Below, one piece after another: positions 47,654-58,055 of a DNA stretch of 64,000 nucleotides. The stretch lies in NCBI GenBank assembly GCA_964486645.1, contig CAZAOG010000002.1, forward strand, positions 1,012-65,011, in the 5' to 3' direction. The position numbers and the translations under genes were made by a program. Below the pieces are notes generated by a model that was not told the origin of the DNA, did no database searches, and saw nothing but the letters and a program-made list of their open reading frames with translations. This DNA comes from an uncultured Ignavibacteriaceae bacterium (lineage in GTDB: Bacteria > Bacteroidota > Ignavibacteria > Ignavibacteriales > Ignavibacteriaceae). The first letter of the stretch is position 1. Each line of letters starts with the position of its first letter.

Positions 47654-50600
47654 TTAATTTGGAGTAAGTTCAAAATCTTCATTAAAGCGAACACTTACCA
47701 ATTTGGAAATTCCTTCTTCCTGCATAGTTACACCGTAAAGTGTATTTGCCGCTTCCATTGTTCTTTTATTATGTGTAACAACTATAAACTGCGTGCTCTT
47801 GCTGAAGTCGTCCAAAATTTTATTAAAGCGGTCAATATTGGCATCATCAAGCGGGGCGTCTATTTCATCCAAAATGCAAAAAGGACTCGGCTTTACGAGA
47901 TAAATTGAAAATAATAAAGCTATAGCCGTAAGAGTTTTCTCGCCGCCCGAAAGCAGTTCTATTGAGGTCGGTCTTTTACCCTTGGGTTTGGCAATAATTT
48001 CAATTTTAGCCTCAAGCGGATCTTCGCCTTCTTCCATTTTCAGGTCGGCTTCATCACCCGGATTAAATAAAGCGCCGAATACTTTGATAAAGTTTTCTCT
48101 TATTTTTTCAAAAGTATCTGAAAATAATTTCTGAGCCGAAATATTTATCTCTTCGATGGTTTTTATAACATCTTTTTCCGATTCAATCAGATCGTTGCGC
48201 TGGTTATTCAGAAAATCATACCTTTCTTTTTCTTCTTCGTATTCGGAATAAGCCAAAAGGTTAATAGGACCAAGATTTTTTATTCTTTGTTTTAATGTAA
48301 TAATTTCATTTTCTCTGGCGTTAAAATCAAAACTGTCGAGGTCATCAAACTCTTTTTTCTCCAACGTTAAAGAGTAATTTTCTTTAATATGCTCTTTAAG
48401 GTTTTCAATCTTCATTTCAATCTCGTTCAACCTTAAATCCGATTTATGAATTTCTTCGGTTAAAATTTCTCTTTCTTTTCTTAAATTATTCTGCTTGCTT
48501 TCTTTTTCGGATATAACCGATTGGATGGATTTATATTTGGCATATATTTCGGCTTCTTCTTCCTGCAGTTTAGATTTTACAACTTCGTTTTCATCGGCAG
48601 TTCTTTGGCTTTGATCAATCACATTGTAAAGACTTGATTTTTCTGAAGCGGCTGAGCTGATAGCGGATTCTTTTTTTACAATATTATTATCCAATGTGTC
48701 AAGTGCCGCTTGTGCCCTGCCGATCGCATTTTCCACGTTTTTTCTTTCGGCAAGTAATTTCTCCAATTCGATTTTTATATTGTTATGTTCACCGAGCGCC
48801 GAGTTATATCTGTTTTCACATTCTTTAAATTCGTTTTCAAGATTTTGTTTCGATTCTTCCTCAACAGCTTTTGCTTCTTTCTGTGATTCGATGATTTTCT
48901 GCAGCTCAATTTTTTGTTGATCAAGCTTGTTGGAATTTTGTGCCATAATTTGAATCTCTTTTCTGGCAACTTCTATTTCATCGTCCGCTTTTTTCTTTTC
49001 GAATTCGAACTGAGATATTTGTTTATCCACATTTGCCAAATCATTTACAAGCATTCTGCCCTTGTCGGAAAGAATTTTTAAGTCAATGGAATTTAATTCA
49101 TTTTCGGTTTCTTCAACATTTTTACTTATTTCAATTAATTTTTGTTCTTCAACCGGAAAATCCTTTTTCAAATCTTCCAGCAATTGCATTCTTCCGAACA
49201 GTGTGTTATCTGCCTGAGGCAGGCTCCCGCTTTCTACAAGTCCGGAAGCATCAATATAATCGCCGTCCAAAGAAACAAAGCTGAAGCCGGAGAATTTGTT
49301 TGACATTTCCAGCATGTTTTCCAAAGATTCAACAACCGCGGTATTTTTTAGAATTCTATCGAATAAACCTTTCCATTTTTTATCGGTTGTTACATAATTT
49401 TTTGCCCAGCCTACAAAGCCCGGCGCCGAACTGATTTTTTTAATCCTTCTTTTGACAGCAAAATTATTCAGTTTACCCCAAAAATCTTCTTTGCCGTTAT
49501 TTCCAAAATTGCTCAGGTAAAAAGCAGCACGTCCGGCTGAATTATTCTTTAAATAATTTATTGCCTCTTTAAGTTCGCCGACCGATTCGATTAAAATATT
49601 ATTAAGATTATTTCTCAAAGCGGCTTCAATTGCAAATCTGTATTTGTCATCGGATGTTCCGATTTGTGCAAGTAGATTTTTTTCTTTATTCGACCAACTC
49701 TTGTCATTGATAAGCGCTTTTGTACCTTTTGAAACACCGTCAAGATTGTCGATTAAACTTTGGATAAAAGTTATTTTATCCTTCATTGAATTAATCAGAC
49801 TTTTCCTGTCAAGCTCTTCGTTTTTAAGCTTGTTCAGTTTGCTTTCCAGGTTGTCTTTTCTTTCCTGTTCTTTTAAATATTCTGCTTCCGCTTCTTCAAG
49901 ATTTTTCCGTGCTTGTTCTTTTTCGTTTTGAAGATTTTCAATAAATCCGACTGTCTTGGCAATCTTGTTTGTGAGTTCCAATATTTTGCCGTTGCGCTCT
50001 TCAATTATTTTCGTCTTTTCGGCAAGCGATTTTTCAATGTTTGAAAATTCGTTTTCTTTATTTGTCAGTTCTTTGAACTTATCGAGAAGTTCTTCGTTCT
50101 TTGAGTTAAGCTCGTTTCTTTTCTTTTCAAGCCCTTCTTTGGCAAGAAGGACTTTTCTTTCGGCTTCCACATTTTCATTTTGTTTTGCCTCAATCAAATC
50201 GGAGAAATCATCTATTTTCTTTTTACTTTCCTCAATAAAATTTTCGGTTTCTCTTACTTGACTGTTTAAGTCCTCAAGTTCTTGATGATATCTGTCAATA
50301 TTATCTTCCAGAGAGTTGCGTCTTTCTTCGGCAACGGATAGTTGTTTTTGGCTGATATAAATTTTTTCGGTTACGGCCGTTATTTCGTTCCTCTTTCCCT
50401 GAAGACTCTGCTCAATTTCATTCATAGACGATTTGATATCTACAAGTTCATCGGAAAGTTTTGAAATTTCGGATTCAATGGAAAGTCTTCTTTTAAAGTT
50501 CGAATCTTTTCTAACAAGCAGTTCTTCTTTTTGTTTTGAAAAAAGAGCAAATTCTCTCTCTGAAAAATCAATTTCAAGCTCGCGTAATGTAGCCGAAATA

Positions 50601-51250
50601 TTTGTGTATCTTTCCGCTTTTTTAGCCTGTCTGTGTAGTGAATTAACCTTCTTTTCAACTTCGGAAACTATATCGTTTACTCTCGAAAGGTCGTTTTTTA
50701 CTTCATCTAATTTTCTAAGGGCAAGTCTTCTGCGGTATTTATACTTATTAACACCTGCGGCTTCCTCGAACATTGTTCTTCTTTCGTCTGCCTTGTTGCT
50801 TAAAATTGTTTCAACCATTTTCAGTTCAATAACCGAGTAGGCATTTGCACCTATTCCGGTATCCATGAATAAGTTTGTAATATCTTTCAATCTGCAGATA
50901 TTTTTATTGAGCAGGTATTCGCTTTCTCCCGAGCGAAAAATTCGGCGTGTAATCGTAACTTCGGAGTATTCGGTAGGCAGAATCCCTTTGTCGTTTTCTA
51001 TCGTCAGCGAAACTTCAGCCATTCCCATCGGTTTTTTGCTGGAGGTTCCGTTGAAAATAACGTTTTCCATTTTATCGCTGCGCAGAGTTCCGCTGCGTTG
51101 CTCGCCGAGGCACCATCTTATGGCGTCAACTATGTTGGTTTTTCCGCAGCCGTTGGGTCCCACAATGGAAGTAATTCCGTGGTTGAAATTAATAACCGTC
51201 TTTTGAGCAAAAGACTTAAAACCGAATATTTCTAATTTTGATAAACGCAA
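47654..51250 (-). CDS. smc: Chromosome segregation protein SMC
   Basis: VGPNGCGKTNIVDAIRW, LSGGEKTLTAIALLFS and FCILDEIDAPLD, with long coiled coils; 1198 aa. Confidence 0.95.
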   Translation of the reverse strand: MRLSKLEIFGFKSFAQKTVINFNHGITSIVGPNGCGKTNIVDAIRWCLGEQRSGTLRSDKMENVIFNGTSSKKPMGMAEVSLTIENDKGILPTEYSEVTITRRIFRSGESEYLLNKNICRLKDITNLFMDTGIGANAYSVIELKMVETILSNKADERRTMFEEAAGVNKYKYRRRLALRKLDEVKNDLSRVNDIVSEVEKKVNSLHRQAKKAERYTNISATLRELEIDFSEREFALFSKQKEELLVRKDSNFKRRLSIESEISKLSDELVDIKSSMNEIEQSLQGKRNEITAVTEKIYISQKQLSVAEERRNSLEDNIDRYHQELEDLNSQVRETENFIEESKKKIDDFSDLIEAKQNENVEAERKVLLAKEGLEKKRNELNSKNEELLDKFKELTNKENEFSNIEKSLAEKTKIIEERNGKILELTNKIAKTVGFIENLQNEKEQARKNLEEAEAEYLKEQERKDNLESKLNKLKNEELDRKSLINSMKDKITFIQSLIDNLDGVSKGTKALINDKSWSNKEKNLLAQIGTSDDKYRFAIEAALRNNLNNILIESVGELKEAINYLKNNSAGRAAFYLSNFGNNGKEDFWGKLNNFAVKRRIKKISSAPGFVGWAKNYVTTDKKWKGLFDRILKNTAVVESLENMLEMSNKFSGFSFVSLDGDYIDASGLVESGSLPQADNTLFGRMQLLEDLKKDFPVEEQKLIEISKNVEETENELNSIDLKILSDKGRMLVNDLANVDKQISQFEFEKKKADDEIEVARKEIQIMAQNSNKLDQQKIELQKIIESQKEAKAVEEESKQNLENEFKECENRYNSALGEHNNIKIELEKLLAERKNVENAIGRAQAALDTLDNNIVKKESAISSAASEKSSLYNVIDQSQRTADENEVVKSKLQEEEAEIYAKYKSIQSVISEKESKQNNLRKEREILTEEIHKSDLRLNEIEMKIENLKEHIKENYSLTLEKKEFDDLDSFDFNARENEIITLKQRIKNLGPINLLAYSEYEEEKERYDFLNNQRNDLIESEKDVIKTIEEINISAQKLFSDTFEKIRENFIKVFGALFNPGDEADLKMEEGEDPLEAKIEIIAKPKGKRPTSIELLSGGEKTLTAIALLFSIYLVKPSPFCILDEIDAPLDDANIDRFNKILDDFSKSTQFIVVTHNKRTMEAANTLYGVTMQEEGISKLVSVRFNEDFELTPN

Positions 51251-51259
51251 TTTTTTATT

Positions 51260-53845
51260 TTAAAAGAATAACAGGGCTAAAAAATAAATTAATGAATATT
51301 TCAATTGATAATAGAACAATATTACTCCGAATAGAACTATAAATGTTAATATACTATAAAAATATACTCTGCCCGGATTTAAATCAAAAATAACATAAAT
51401 TCCTTTCAGAATTCTGTGAACCGTCCACAGAAAAAACAAAACAATAAAAGAATAAAGATAAGTATTTAAATTTGATATCTCGGCATTTAATAGTCTGAAC
51501 AATATAATACCTACCGGTATCAACAAAACCAAGGGTAAAAAAGACCAGATAACGGTAAAATATATGCTGGAAAAAAACACTCGTGTTTTTATTGTAAGTG
51601 AAAATAATTTAATAAATGCCATAATTAATAACATTACTACGGCAGTAAAAACGGTAAGCCAAATTATGGATAACATCGGATTCCACGCCAGGAAGCTGAA
51701 AGTTTTCACAAAAGCAGGAGAACCGAAAAAGATTAAAATCCTTTCAAAGGTAAAATCGGTTTTAAAGTAGAAAAGCAAGTTGCTTAAAAGCAGTGAGCTT
51801 GTACCCGCTAAAATAAGCGCAAGCAATCCGGTGTGGAAACCCGATATCATTCTCTGGTCTCTTACATCGGCAAAAAAATTGTAGGGTCTTAATAAGGCTC
51901 TGGATGAATCTTCTCTGAATTTTTTTCCCGAATTTACGAGCACACCCATACCCAGCGCAAGCAAGAGTCCGAAGACAATAAAAAGCATCGGAGCTTGATC
52001 CGTTTTATTACCTATTGGAATGGTTACTTTTTCGGTGTTATGAAATTTTGAATAGACGACTTTATACGCCATAGTTTTGGATTTTCTGTCAATACCGATA
52101 AGTCCGATGTTGTATTTGTTATTTTCCGAATAACCCGAACTTAGGGAATTATAGTCGCCCGTATAATTAAACATAGAATTGATAAAGAACCCTGAATTAA
52201 TCGGTTTTTGGTAAGCAGCAATTAAATCATTAAAATATTTGGCTTGTGCTTCAAATGTATAAGGGTTAAGATATCCGTTGCTGCGTCCTGCATTTACGGT
52301 ATATGTTGCCTCACTGATAAATAATTTTCCTTTCCCGATTGTTTTATTTAACTCATCAAATTCTTTTTCTTTATCCGTAATTGATTCATTAAAAAGTTCG
52401 ATGCCGTACAAATCCAGATTATTGACGTTTTTGATTTTTAAATTTGCAAATGAAGCATAAGTTAAAAAATTTGATTCTTTTTTAACTTTATCTGCAAGAT
52501 TTGATAACAAAGAATTAAGACTTTCCTTATCGGGGAAATAGCCTCCGCCCAATCCGAAGGCTGCAACAATATTATATTTTTTATATTGTTTTAAGTATCC
52601 TTCCAAATAATTTTCAATACGTGATGTATAATTAAGTTCGTCTGCAAAATTTGAAGGAGTGTAATTAAGCGGCAGTTCGATAAATGCCAACAAGCCGTAT
52701 TTCCTGGAAAGCTCCAAATAATAAGGATGGGGAACGGATTTTGCAAATCTTACCGAATTAAACCCGGTTTCTTTTATAAGCCTAATGTCGTCTTCCATCT
52801 CTTTGTAACCGGCAATTTCGCCTCTTTCATTAAAAGAAGGAAGATATGTAACACCTTTAATTTGAAAATTTCTGTTGTTTAAAACTATTCCTTCCTTAGT
52901 AGAACTTAAGGACAGTATGGAAAATTTTTGTTTAACTTCATCTACAACCGTTTTTTCTTTTAACAATTGAACGGTGGCGTTGTAATAAACAGGTTTGTCG
53001 GGTGACCAAAGAATAGGATTTGAGATTTTGTAAGAAAGATCAATAACATTGCTTTCTTTTTTCTTGTAGACAAAACTATTGACCGGCAGATTAATGTTTT
53101 GCCTGCCGTCCGATGATTTGATATTAATTTTTATTGAATAAATTTTATCGTTATTTAAATCTTTATTGAAAATTCGAGAATCATTAATTATAAATTTTGA
53201 AGAATATTTTAACTTTGCGGAATTACTTTTAAAATTTACATTTGAAGTAATAGTTATATCATCCAAATAAGTGTCGGGCAGAACCGAAATAAATACATCT
53301 CTGAAAATACCGCCGAAATTTTTGGGAAAATAAACTCTTTGTTTGAAAGGAATTGTTTTTTCAGAAAGTTTATATGAAAGTTTTACTTTTAATTTATTTA
53401 CGTCATTGCTTTTTAAGATATCTTTCGGAAGTTCAAAACTAAAAGGAAAAGTTCCCCCTAAATGTCTGTAGATAATGTTGCCGTTAAGTGAAAATTCAGC
53501 GGAATAATTGACACCTAAAAAATGAATAATTAAAGTACGGTTGTTTATTTCGTTATCATACAGAGTAAAAGATCTCTCAAAAATCAAGTCGCCGTTTCCT
53601 TCAAATTTAGAAGGAACGGAAACATTTACGGGTTTATTATCGCTGTCTGCAGATTTAACACTCCAAACACCATTTAAATTGATTATGCTTCTTGTCTGAG
53701 AAATTCGGAATATATCTGAAGAATTGACAGGCAATTTATACTTAGGCAGTTCCTTAAATATAATCTGTGATTTAAGGTAAGGTGATAGTGATAGAGTGAA
53801 AAATATTGTGGTGAAGATGATTAAATAAGTAATTCTTTTCTGCAA
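51260..53845 (-). CDS. GH2-like ectodomain (sugar-binding jelly roll, Ig-like and TIM-barrel-like) fused to a C-terminal polytopic membrane domain of about 7-8 TM
   Basis: It has a signal peptide. LNGVWSV...VPSKFEG...IIHFLGVNYSAEFSLNGNIIYRHLGGTFPFSFELP is typical of the GH2 N-domain. KETGFNSVRFAKSVPHPYYLELSRKYGLLAFIELP is TIM-barrel-like. The last ~260 aa are almost entirely hydrophobic helices. Confidence 0.7.
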   Translation of the reverse strand: MQKRITYLIIFTTIFFTLSLSPYLKSQIIFKELPKYKLPVNSSDIFRISQTRSIINLNGVWSVKSADSDNKPVNVSVPSKFEGNGDLIFERSFTLYDNEINNRTLIIHFLGVNYSAEFSLNGNIIYRHLGGTFPFSFELPKDILKSNDVNKLKVKLSYKLSEKTIPFKQRVYFPKNFGGIFRDVFISVLPDTYLDDITITSNVNFKSNSAKLKYSSKFIINDSRIFNKDLNNDKIYSIKINIKSSDGRQNINLPVNSFVYKKKESNVIDLSYKISNPILWSPDKPVYYNATVQLLKEKTVVDEVKQKFSILSLSSTKEGIVLNNRNFQIKGVTYLPSFNERGEIAGYKEMEDDIRLIKETGFNSVRFAKSVPHPYYLELSRKYGLLAFIELPLNYTPSNFADELNYTSRIENYLEGYLKQYKKYNIVAAFGLGGGYFPDKESLNSLLSNLADKVKKESNFLTYASFANLKIKNVNNLDLYGIELFNESITDKEKEFDELNKTIGKGKLFISEATYTVNAGRSNGYLNPYTFEAQAKYFNDLIAAYQKPINSGFFINSMFNYTGDYNSLSSGYSENNKYNIGLIGIDRKSKTMAYKVVYSKFHNTEKVTIPIGNKTDQAPMLFIVFGLLLALGMGVLVNSGKKFREDSSRALLRPYNFFADVRDQRMISGFHTGLLALILAGTSSLLLSNLLFYFKTDFTFERILIFFGSPAFVKTFSFLAWNPMLSIIWLTVFTAVVMLLIMAFIKLFSLTIKTRVFFSSIYFTVIWSFLPLVLLIPVGIILFRLLNAEISNLNTYLYSFIVLFFLWTVHRILKGIYVIFDLNPGRVYFYSILTFIVLFGVILFYYQLKYSLIYFLALLFF

Positions 53846-54023
53846 TTTTTAAGCCTTAAGTAGTAGAAATTAATCTTATAAATATACCAAACATGAAAAG
53901 GGAAATCAACGTCAGAGTTTGGAAACAGCGTTACTTTTTTGTGTACTATGGTCCTTACGCTTTCTCAGAGGAAATAAAATTTACACACCAATTAATTAAA
54001 CCAAAATTTTTATATAACCGAAT

Positions 54024-55973
54024 TTAATTAGGTTCCAGCCACCTGCCGTCATTTTTTATTAATCCGACTAATTCGTCCACGGCAGTATCCGAACTTATAT
54101 TTCTTTTTACTATTTCTTTGCCTCTGTAAAGAGTGATTTTACCGACTCCGGAGCCTACATAACCGTAATCAGCGTCTGCCATTTCACCGGGACCGTTAAC
54201 AATGCATCCCATAACAGCTATTTTTATACCTTTCAAATGGAGCGTTCTTTTTCTAATTTTTTCCGTAGTTTCTTGTAAGTCAAACAGAGTTCTGCCGCAA
54301 GAAGGACAAGCGATATATTCGGTTTTTGTAATTCTAACGCGGGCTGCCTGCAAAATGTTAAACAACAACAAATTTATCTCTTTTTGAGAGAATTTATACT
54401 CATTTTTATATTCCAGCCAAACTCCGTCACCCATACCGCTGATAAGCAATGCACCAATATCGGTTGAAGAATAAAGTCTTAATTTGTTAAAAGAAATTTC
54501 TTTATAGCTGCGTTTAATAATAACGGGTGATTTTATTTCATTTTCAATTAGTTCAAAAAAAGCACGCCTTTGTTCCGCCATTCCGTGAATATTATCTGTA
54601 GTTAAAATTATTACAACGGTTTTGTCCGTCTTTAAACTATCAATCAGAGGTTGAGTAAAATCATTTAATTCAGCCGTTACAAAATTGATTGAGCTGTGTT
54701 TGTCTTCCGCTGATAAATATTCTTCGGCATTAAATAAAGGAAAACTTATGCTTTTATTTTCCGGTTTTTTCCAAACTTCATAATCAAAAACTAATTTTAG
54801 ATTGTTGGGTAATTTAATATCAGCAGTATTTGTTTTAAGGTAACAAAAATCACCGGCGGAATCGGTTAACATCCATTTGTCCGTCAGCTTGTTGTACAAA
54901 TATCCTATGTTTTCAAGATCTTTTATTGTATTTATTCCGTTTTGAGAAAAATCCGAAATGACAACAGGTACATTATCTCCGCCTATATTTTCAACGGAAG
55001 TCGTTTCTCTTTTATTATAATCAAATAAATTTATCGAACGTTCGCCTATTTCTTTTATAGCCGCATGTTTTTCCCTTTCTTTATATCGTTCTGCAAGAAT
55101 TTGCGCTTCGGGCATTTCAAATTCGGGATCTTCGGTAAGCGAAACTCTGATCGTATCGCCGAGTCCGTCTTCCAGTAATGTGCCGATTCCCAAAGCTGAT
55201 TTTATTCTTCCGTCTTCCCCTCCTCCCGCTTCCGTAACTCCCAGGTGAAGCGGATAGTTCATCCCTTCTTCTTCCATTTTTTTTACCAACAACCTGTAGG
55301 CACAAACCATTATTTGCGGGTTGCTTGCTTTCATGGAAAGAACAATATCGTGATAATTTAAATCTTCGCAAATTCTAACAAACTCTAAAGCCGATTCGAC
55401 CATGCCTACGGGAGTATCGCCGAAACGGCTCATAATTCTGTCTGATAATGAACCGTGATTTGTGCCGATTCTCATTGCAGTTCCGTATTCTTTGCAGACT
55501 TTTACAAGCGGTTCAAATTTTTTTCTGAGGGATTCTAATTCTTCGTTGTATTCGGTGTCGGAGTATTCGATTGTTTGAAATTTTTTCTTATCCGCAAAAT
55601 TTCCGGGATTTATCCTTACTTTTTCAACAATTTTTGCAGCAACTAAAGCCGCATTCGGAGTAAAATGAATATCCGCAATTATGGGTACGTTATAACCGCG
55701 TTTTTTCAGTTCGGCTTTTATGTTTTTCAAATTTTCCGCTTCATTAATATTCGGAGCCGTTATGCGGACATATTCGCACCCGGCTTTTATCATTCTTATG
55801 GATTGCTCAACCGTGCCGATAGTATCCATGGTATCGGTAGTTGTCATCGATTGGATTCTGATTGGGTTATCTCCGCCCAGAGGTACGTCACCGATAAAAA
55901 CTTCTCTGGTTTTATATCTTGAATATTCGGTCAAACTGTTGCAATAATATTGCAATTTATCTTTTTTCAACAT
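54024..55973 (-). CDS. ispG: 4-hydroxy-3-methylbut-2-en-1-yl diphosphate synthase, long three-domain form
   Basis: 649 aa with a large insert between the TIM barrel and the 4Fe-4S domain. Cluster ligands sit in IACPSCGRT and MGCIVNGPGE. Confidence 0.93.
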   Translation of the reverse strand: MLKKDKLQYYCNSLTEYSRYKTREVFIGDVPLGGDNPIRIQSMTTTDTMDTIGTVEQSIRMIKAGCEYVRITAPNINEAENLKNIKAELKKRGYNVPIIADIHFTPNAALVAAKIVEKVRINPGNFADKKKFQTIEYSDTEYNEELESLRKKFEPLVKVCKEYGTAMRIGTNHGSLSDRIMSRFGDTPVGMVESALEFVRICEDLNYHDIVLSMKASNPQIMVCAYRLLVKKMEEEGMNYPLHLGVTEAGGGEDGRIKSALGIGTLLEDGLGDTIRVSLTEDPEFEMPEAQILAERYKEREKHAAIKEIGERSINLFDYNKRETTSVENIGGDNVPVVISDFSQNGINTIKDLENIGYLYNKLTDKWMLTDSAGDFCYLKTNTADIKLPNNLKLVFDYEVWKKPENKSISFPLFNAEEYLSAEDKHSSINFVTAELNDFTQPLIDSLKTDKTVVIILTTDNIHGMAEQRRAFFELIENEIKSPVIIKRSYKEISFNKLRLYSSTDIGALLISGMGDGVWLEYKNEYKFSQKEINLLLFNILQAARVRITKTEYIACPSCGRTLFDLQETTEKIRKRTLHLKGIKIAVMGCIVNGPGEMADADYGYVGSGVGKITLYRGKEIVKRNISSDTAVDELVGLIKNDGRWLEPN

Positions 55974-56118
55974 TTGAATCGATTAGGCTGTTCACAATAT
56001 TAAATTCATAAAATATCTTGTTTAAATATAACATTTTACTTAAACATTAATTATTTACATTGGTTTGCCGTTTTTATAAAATATTTATCACAAGAAATTT
56101 TTAATTTGTTATTTCGTT

Positions 56119-57987
56119 ATGCGAATACCTGAGCAAAAAATAGAACAAGTAAAATCCTCGGTCAGTATTGTTGATATCATTTCCGAATATGTACAGTTGA
56201 GGAAAAGAGGTAAAAACTATACGGGACTGTGTCCGTTCCACAACGAAAAAACGCCTTCATTTACCGTAAGCGAAGAGAAACAGATTTTTCATTGTTTCGG
56301 CTGCCACACCGGAGGAAATGTTTATAAATTTTTAATGGAATACAATAAGATATCTTTTGTGGAAGCGGTTCAGGAGCTTGCGGAAAAACTTGGTATTGAT
56401 TTGGAACCGGATAAAAATATAAATGATGAGCGTCAGAACGAACTGGAAGAACTTTATGAACTGAACAATATTACCGCAAGATATTTTTCCGATTTACTGC
56501 TTGTTAAACCCGAAGGCGAGACGGCACGAAAATATTTTGAGGAAAGAAAATTACTTCCTAAAACTTTACGTGTTTTCGGACTGGGTTATTCGCTACCGGC
56601 CAATAATTCTTTTGTTCATTTCGCTGAAGAAAAAAATCTCGATTTCAATAAATTGATTACCTTGGGTCTTGTCGGCAGATCGGAAAAAGGCAGACTTTAC
56701 GACAGATATCCGGGAAGAATTATTTTCCCCATCTTTTCACCCAACGGAAGAGTAATTGCCTTTGCAGGCAGAAAACTTGACGAATCCACACCCGGAGGCA
56801 AATATATAAATTCTCCCGAAACCCCGATTTACATTAAGGGAAGAACGTTATACGGACTTTCACACGCAAAAGACGAAATAAGAAAAAAAGGAGTTGCTTT
56901 AGTAGTTGAAGGATATATGGATTTGCTGGCTCTTTACCAAAACGAGATAAAAAACGTTGTTGCCGTATCCGGCACGGCATTTACCGAAGAACAGGCGCAG
57001 CTTCTTTACCGCTACACAAAAAACGTAATACTATTGTTTGATTCCGATACAGCCGGAATAAAAGCTTCTATGAGAAGCATTGAAATTTTATTAAACCGGA
57101 ATTTTGAAATTAAAATAGCTGCACTGCCCGAAGACGATGACCCCGACTCCTATATCAACAAGTACGGGAAGGATAAATTTTATGAACTGCTTGAAAAATC
57201 AAGAAATTTTTTGGAATACCAAACGGCATATTACGAATCCGAAGGATTTTTTGACGACCCGGGAAAAACGGCTGAAGCAATTAGGGAGTTGGTAAAACCT
57301 GCCGCTTTAATTAAAGACGAATTAAAAAGAAGTCTGCTGATTAAAACCATTGCCAAAAAATTTAATTTGAGAGAAATATTAATTGAAACGGAGTTAAACA
57401 AAGCATTAAAAAACATTTTAAAATTGGAAAACGCTCAGCAAAGAAGCACTGCTTTTAAAACCAAGAGGGAAGAAAGCAAAACAAACAATAATAAAGCAGC
57501 CGAAACTACAAACCATCTTCAGACCGAAAGAGATTTAATAAAACTTTTGTTTGAAGATGATGTGGAAATAACGAAATATATTTTAGAAAATTTAAACGTT
57601 GACGATTTCCAAAATGACAAACACCGTGAAATTATTAGAAAAATTTCCGAGAGATATTCCAATAATAAGGAAATAAATCCATCATCAATATTGGATGAAT
57701 TTGAAAACGAAAACCTGGACTTATATTTAAGAGAATTATTGTTCGATAAATATTCCATCAGTTCCAAATGGGATGAATTACTCCCCGATTCAAACAACGA
57801 ATACAAATTGTTCAACTATGCGGTAGAAGTAGTAAATAAAATGCAGATAAACATTTTAAACAGATTGATCGAACAAAACTTGAAAGAGCTTGAAAAGGCA
57901 GAAAGCGAAGAAGAAAAATTTGAGCTGATTAAATTGGGGAACGAACTGAAAAAAGAAAGACTTTCGCTTTTAAAGGATGTAAAATAA
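56119..57987 (+). CDS. dnaG: DNA primase
   Basis: Zn finger CPFHNEKTPSFTVSEEKQIFHCFGC and Toprim VVEGYMD. Confidence 0.93.
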   Translation: MRIPEQKIEQVKSSVSIVDIISEYVQLRKRGKNYTGLCPFHNEKTPSFTVSEEKQIFHCFGCHTGGNVYKFLMEYNKISFVEAVQELAEKLGIDLEPDKNINDERQNELEELYELNNITARYFSDLLLVKPEGETARKYFEERKLLPKTLRVFGLGYSLPANNSFVHFAEEKNLDFNKLITLGLVGRSEKGRLYDRYPGRIIFPIFSPNGRVIAFAGRKLDESTPGGKYINSPETPIYIKGRTLYGLSHAKDEIRKKGVALVVEGYMDLLALYQNEIKNVVAVSGTAFTEEQAQLLYRYTKNVILLFDSDTAGIKASMRSIEILLNRNFEIKIAALPEDDDPDSYINKYGKDKFYELLEKSRNFLEYQTAYYESEGFFDDPGKTAEAIRELVKPAALIKDELKRSLLIKTIAKKFNLREILIETELNKALKNILKLENAQQRSTAFKTKREESKTNNNKAAETTNHLQTERDLIKLLFEDDVEITKYILENLNVDDFQNDKHREIIRKISERYSNNKEINPSSILDEFENENLDLYLRELLFDKYSISSKWDELLPDSNNEYKLFNYAVEVVNKMQINILNRLIEQNLKELEKAESEEEKFELIKLGNELKKERLSLLKDVK

Positions 57988-58006
57988 GTTTTCAAAAGTA
58001 AAGGAA

Positions 58007-58040
58007 AGGGATGACATTTTGTTGAAAAGATATCATCCCT
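58007..58040. terminator. Hairpin shared by the convergent dnaG and yciO-like genes
   Basis: 8-bp stem agggatga / tcatccct with an 18-nt loop. The minus-strand side is U-rich and the plus-strand side has a weak U-tract. Confidence 0.5.
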
Positions 58041-58055
58041 AATTTTAGAATAATC

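Noticed and set aside
47273-47908. 211-aa plus-strand ORF
   Set aside because: It is entirely antisense to the well-supported HAD phosphatase and the 3' end of smc. Its composition is low-complexity, so it is an AT-rich shadow ORF.
48696-50840. Several Ser/Phe-rich ORFs of 64-135 aa inside smc, most of them antisense
   Set aside because: The antisense ones are mirror images of the Glu/Lys-rich coiled-coil codons of smc, and the sense-strand off-frame ORFs are equally low-complexity. None has start context or family resemblance.
53893-54027. 44-aa plus-strand ORF overlapping the ispG stop
   Set aside because: It has no SD, it is convergent with and overlaps ispG, and it has no recognisable features.
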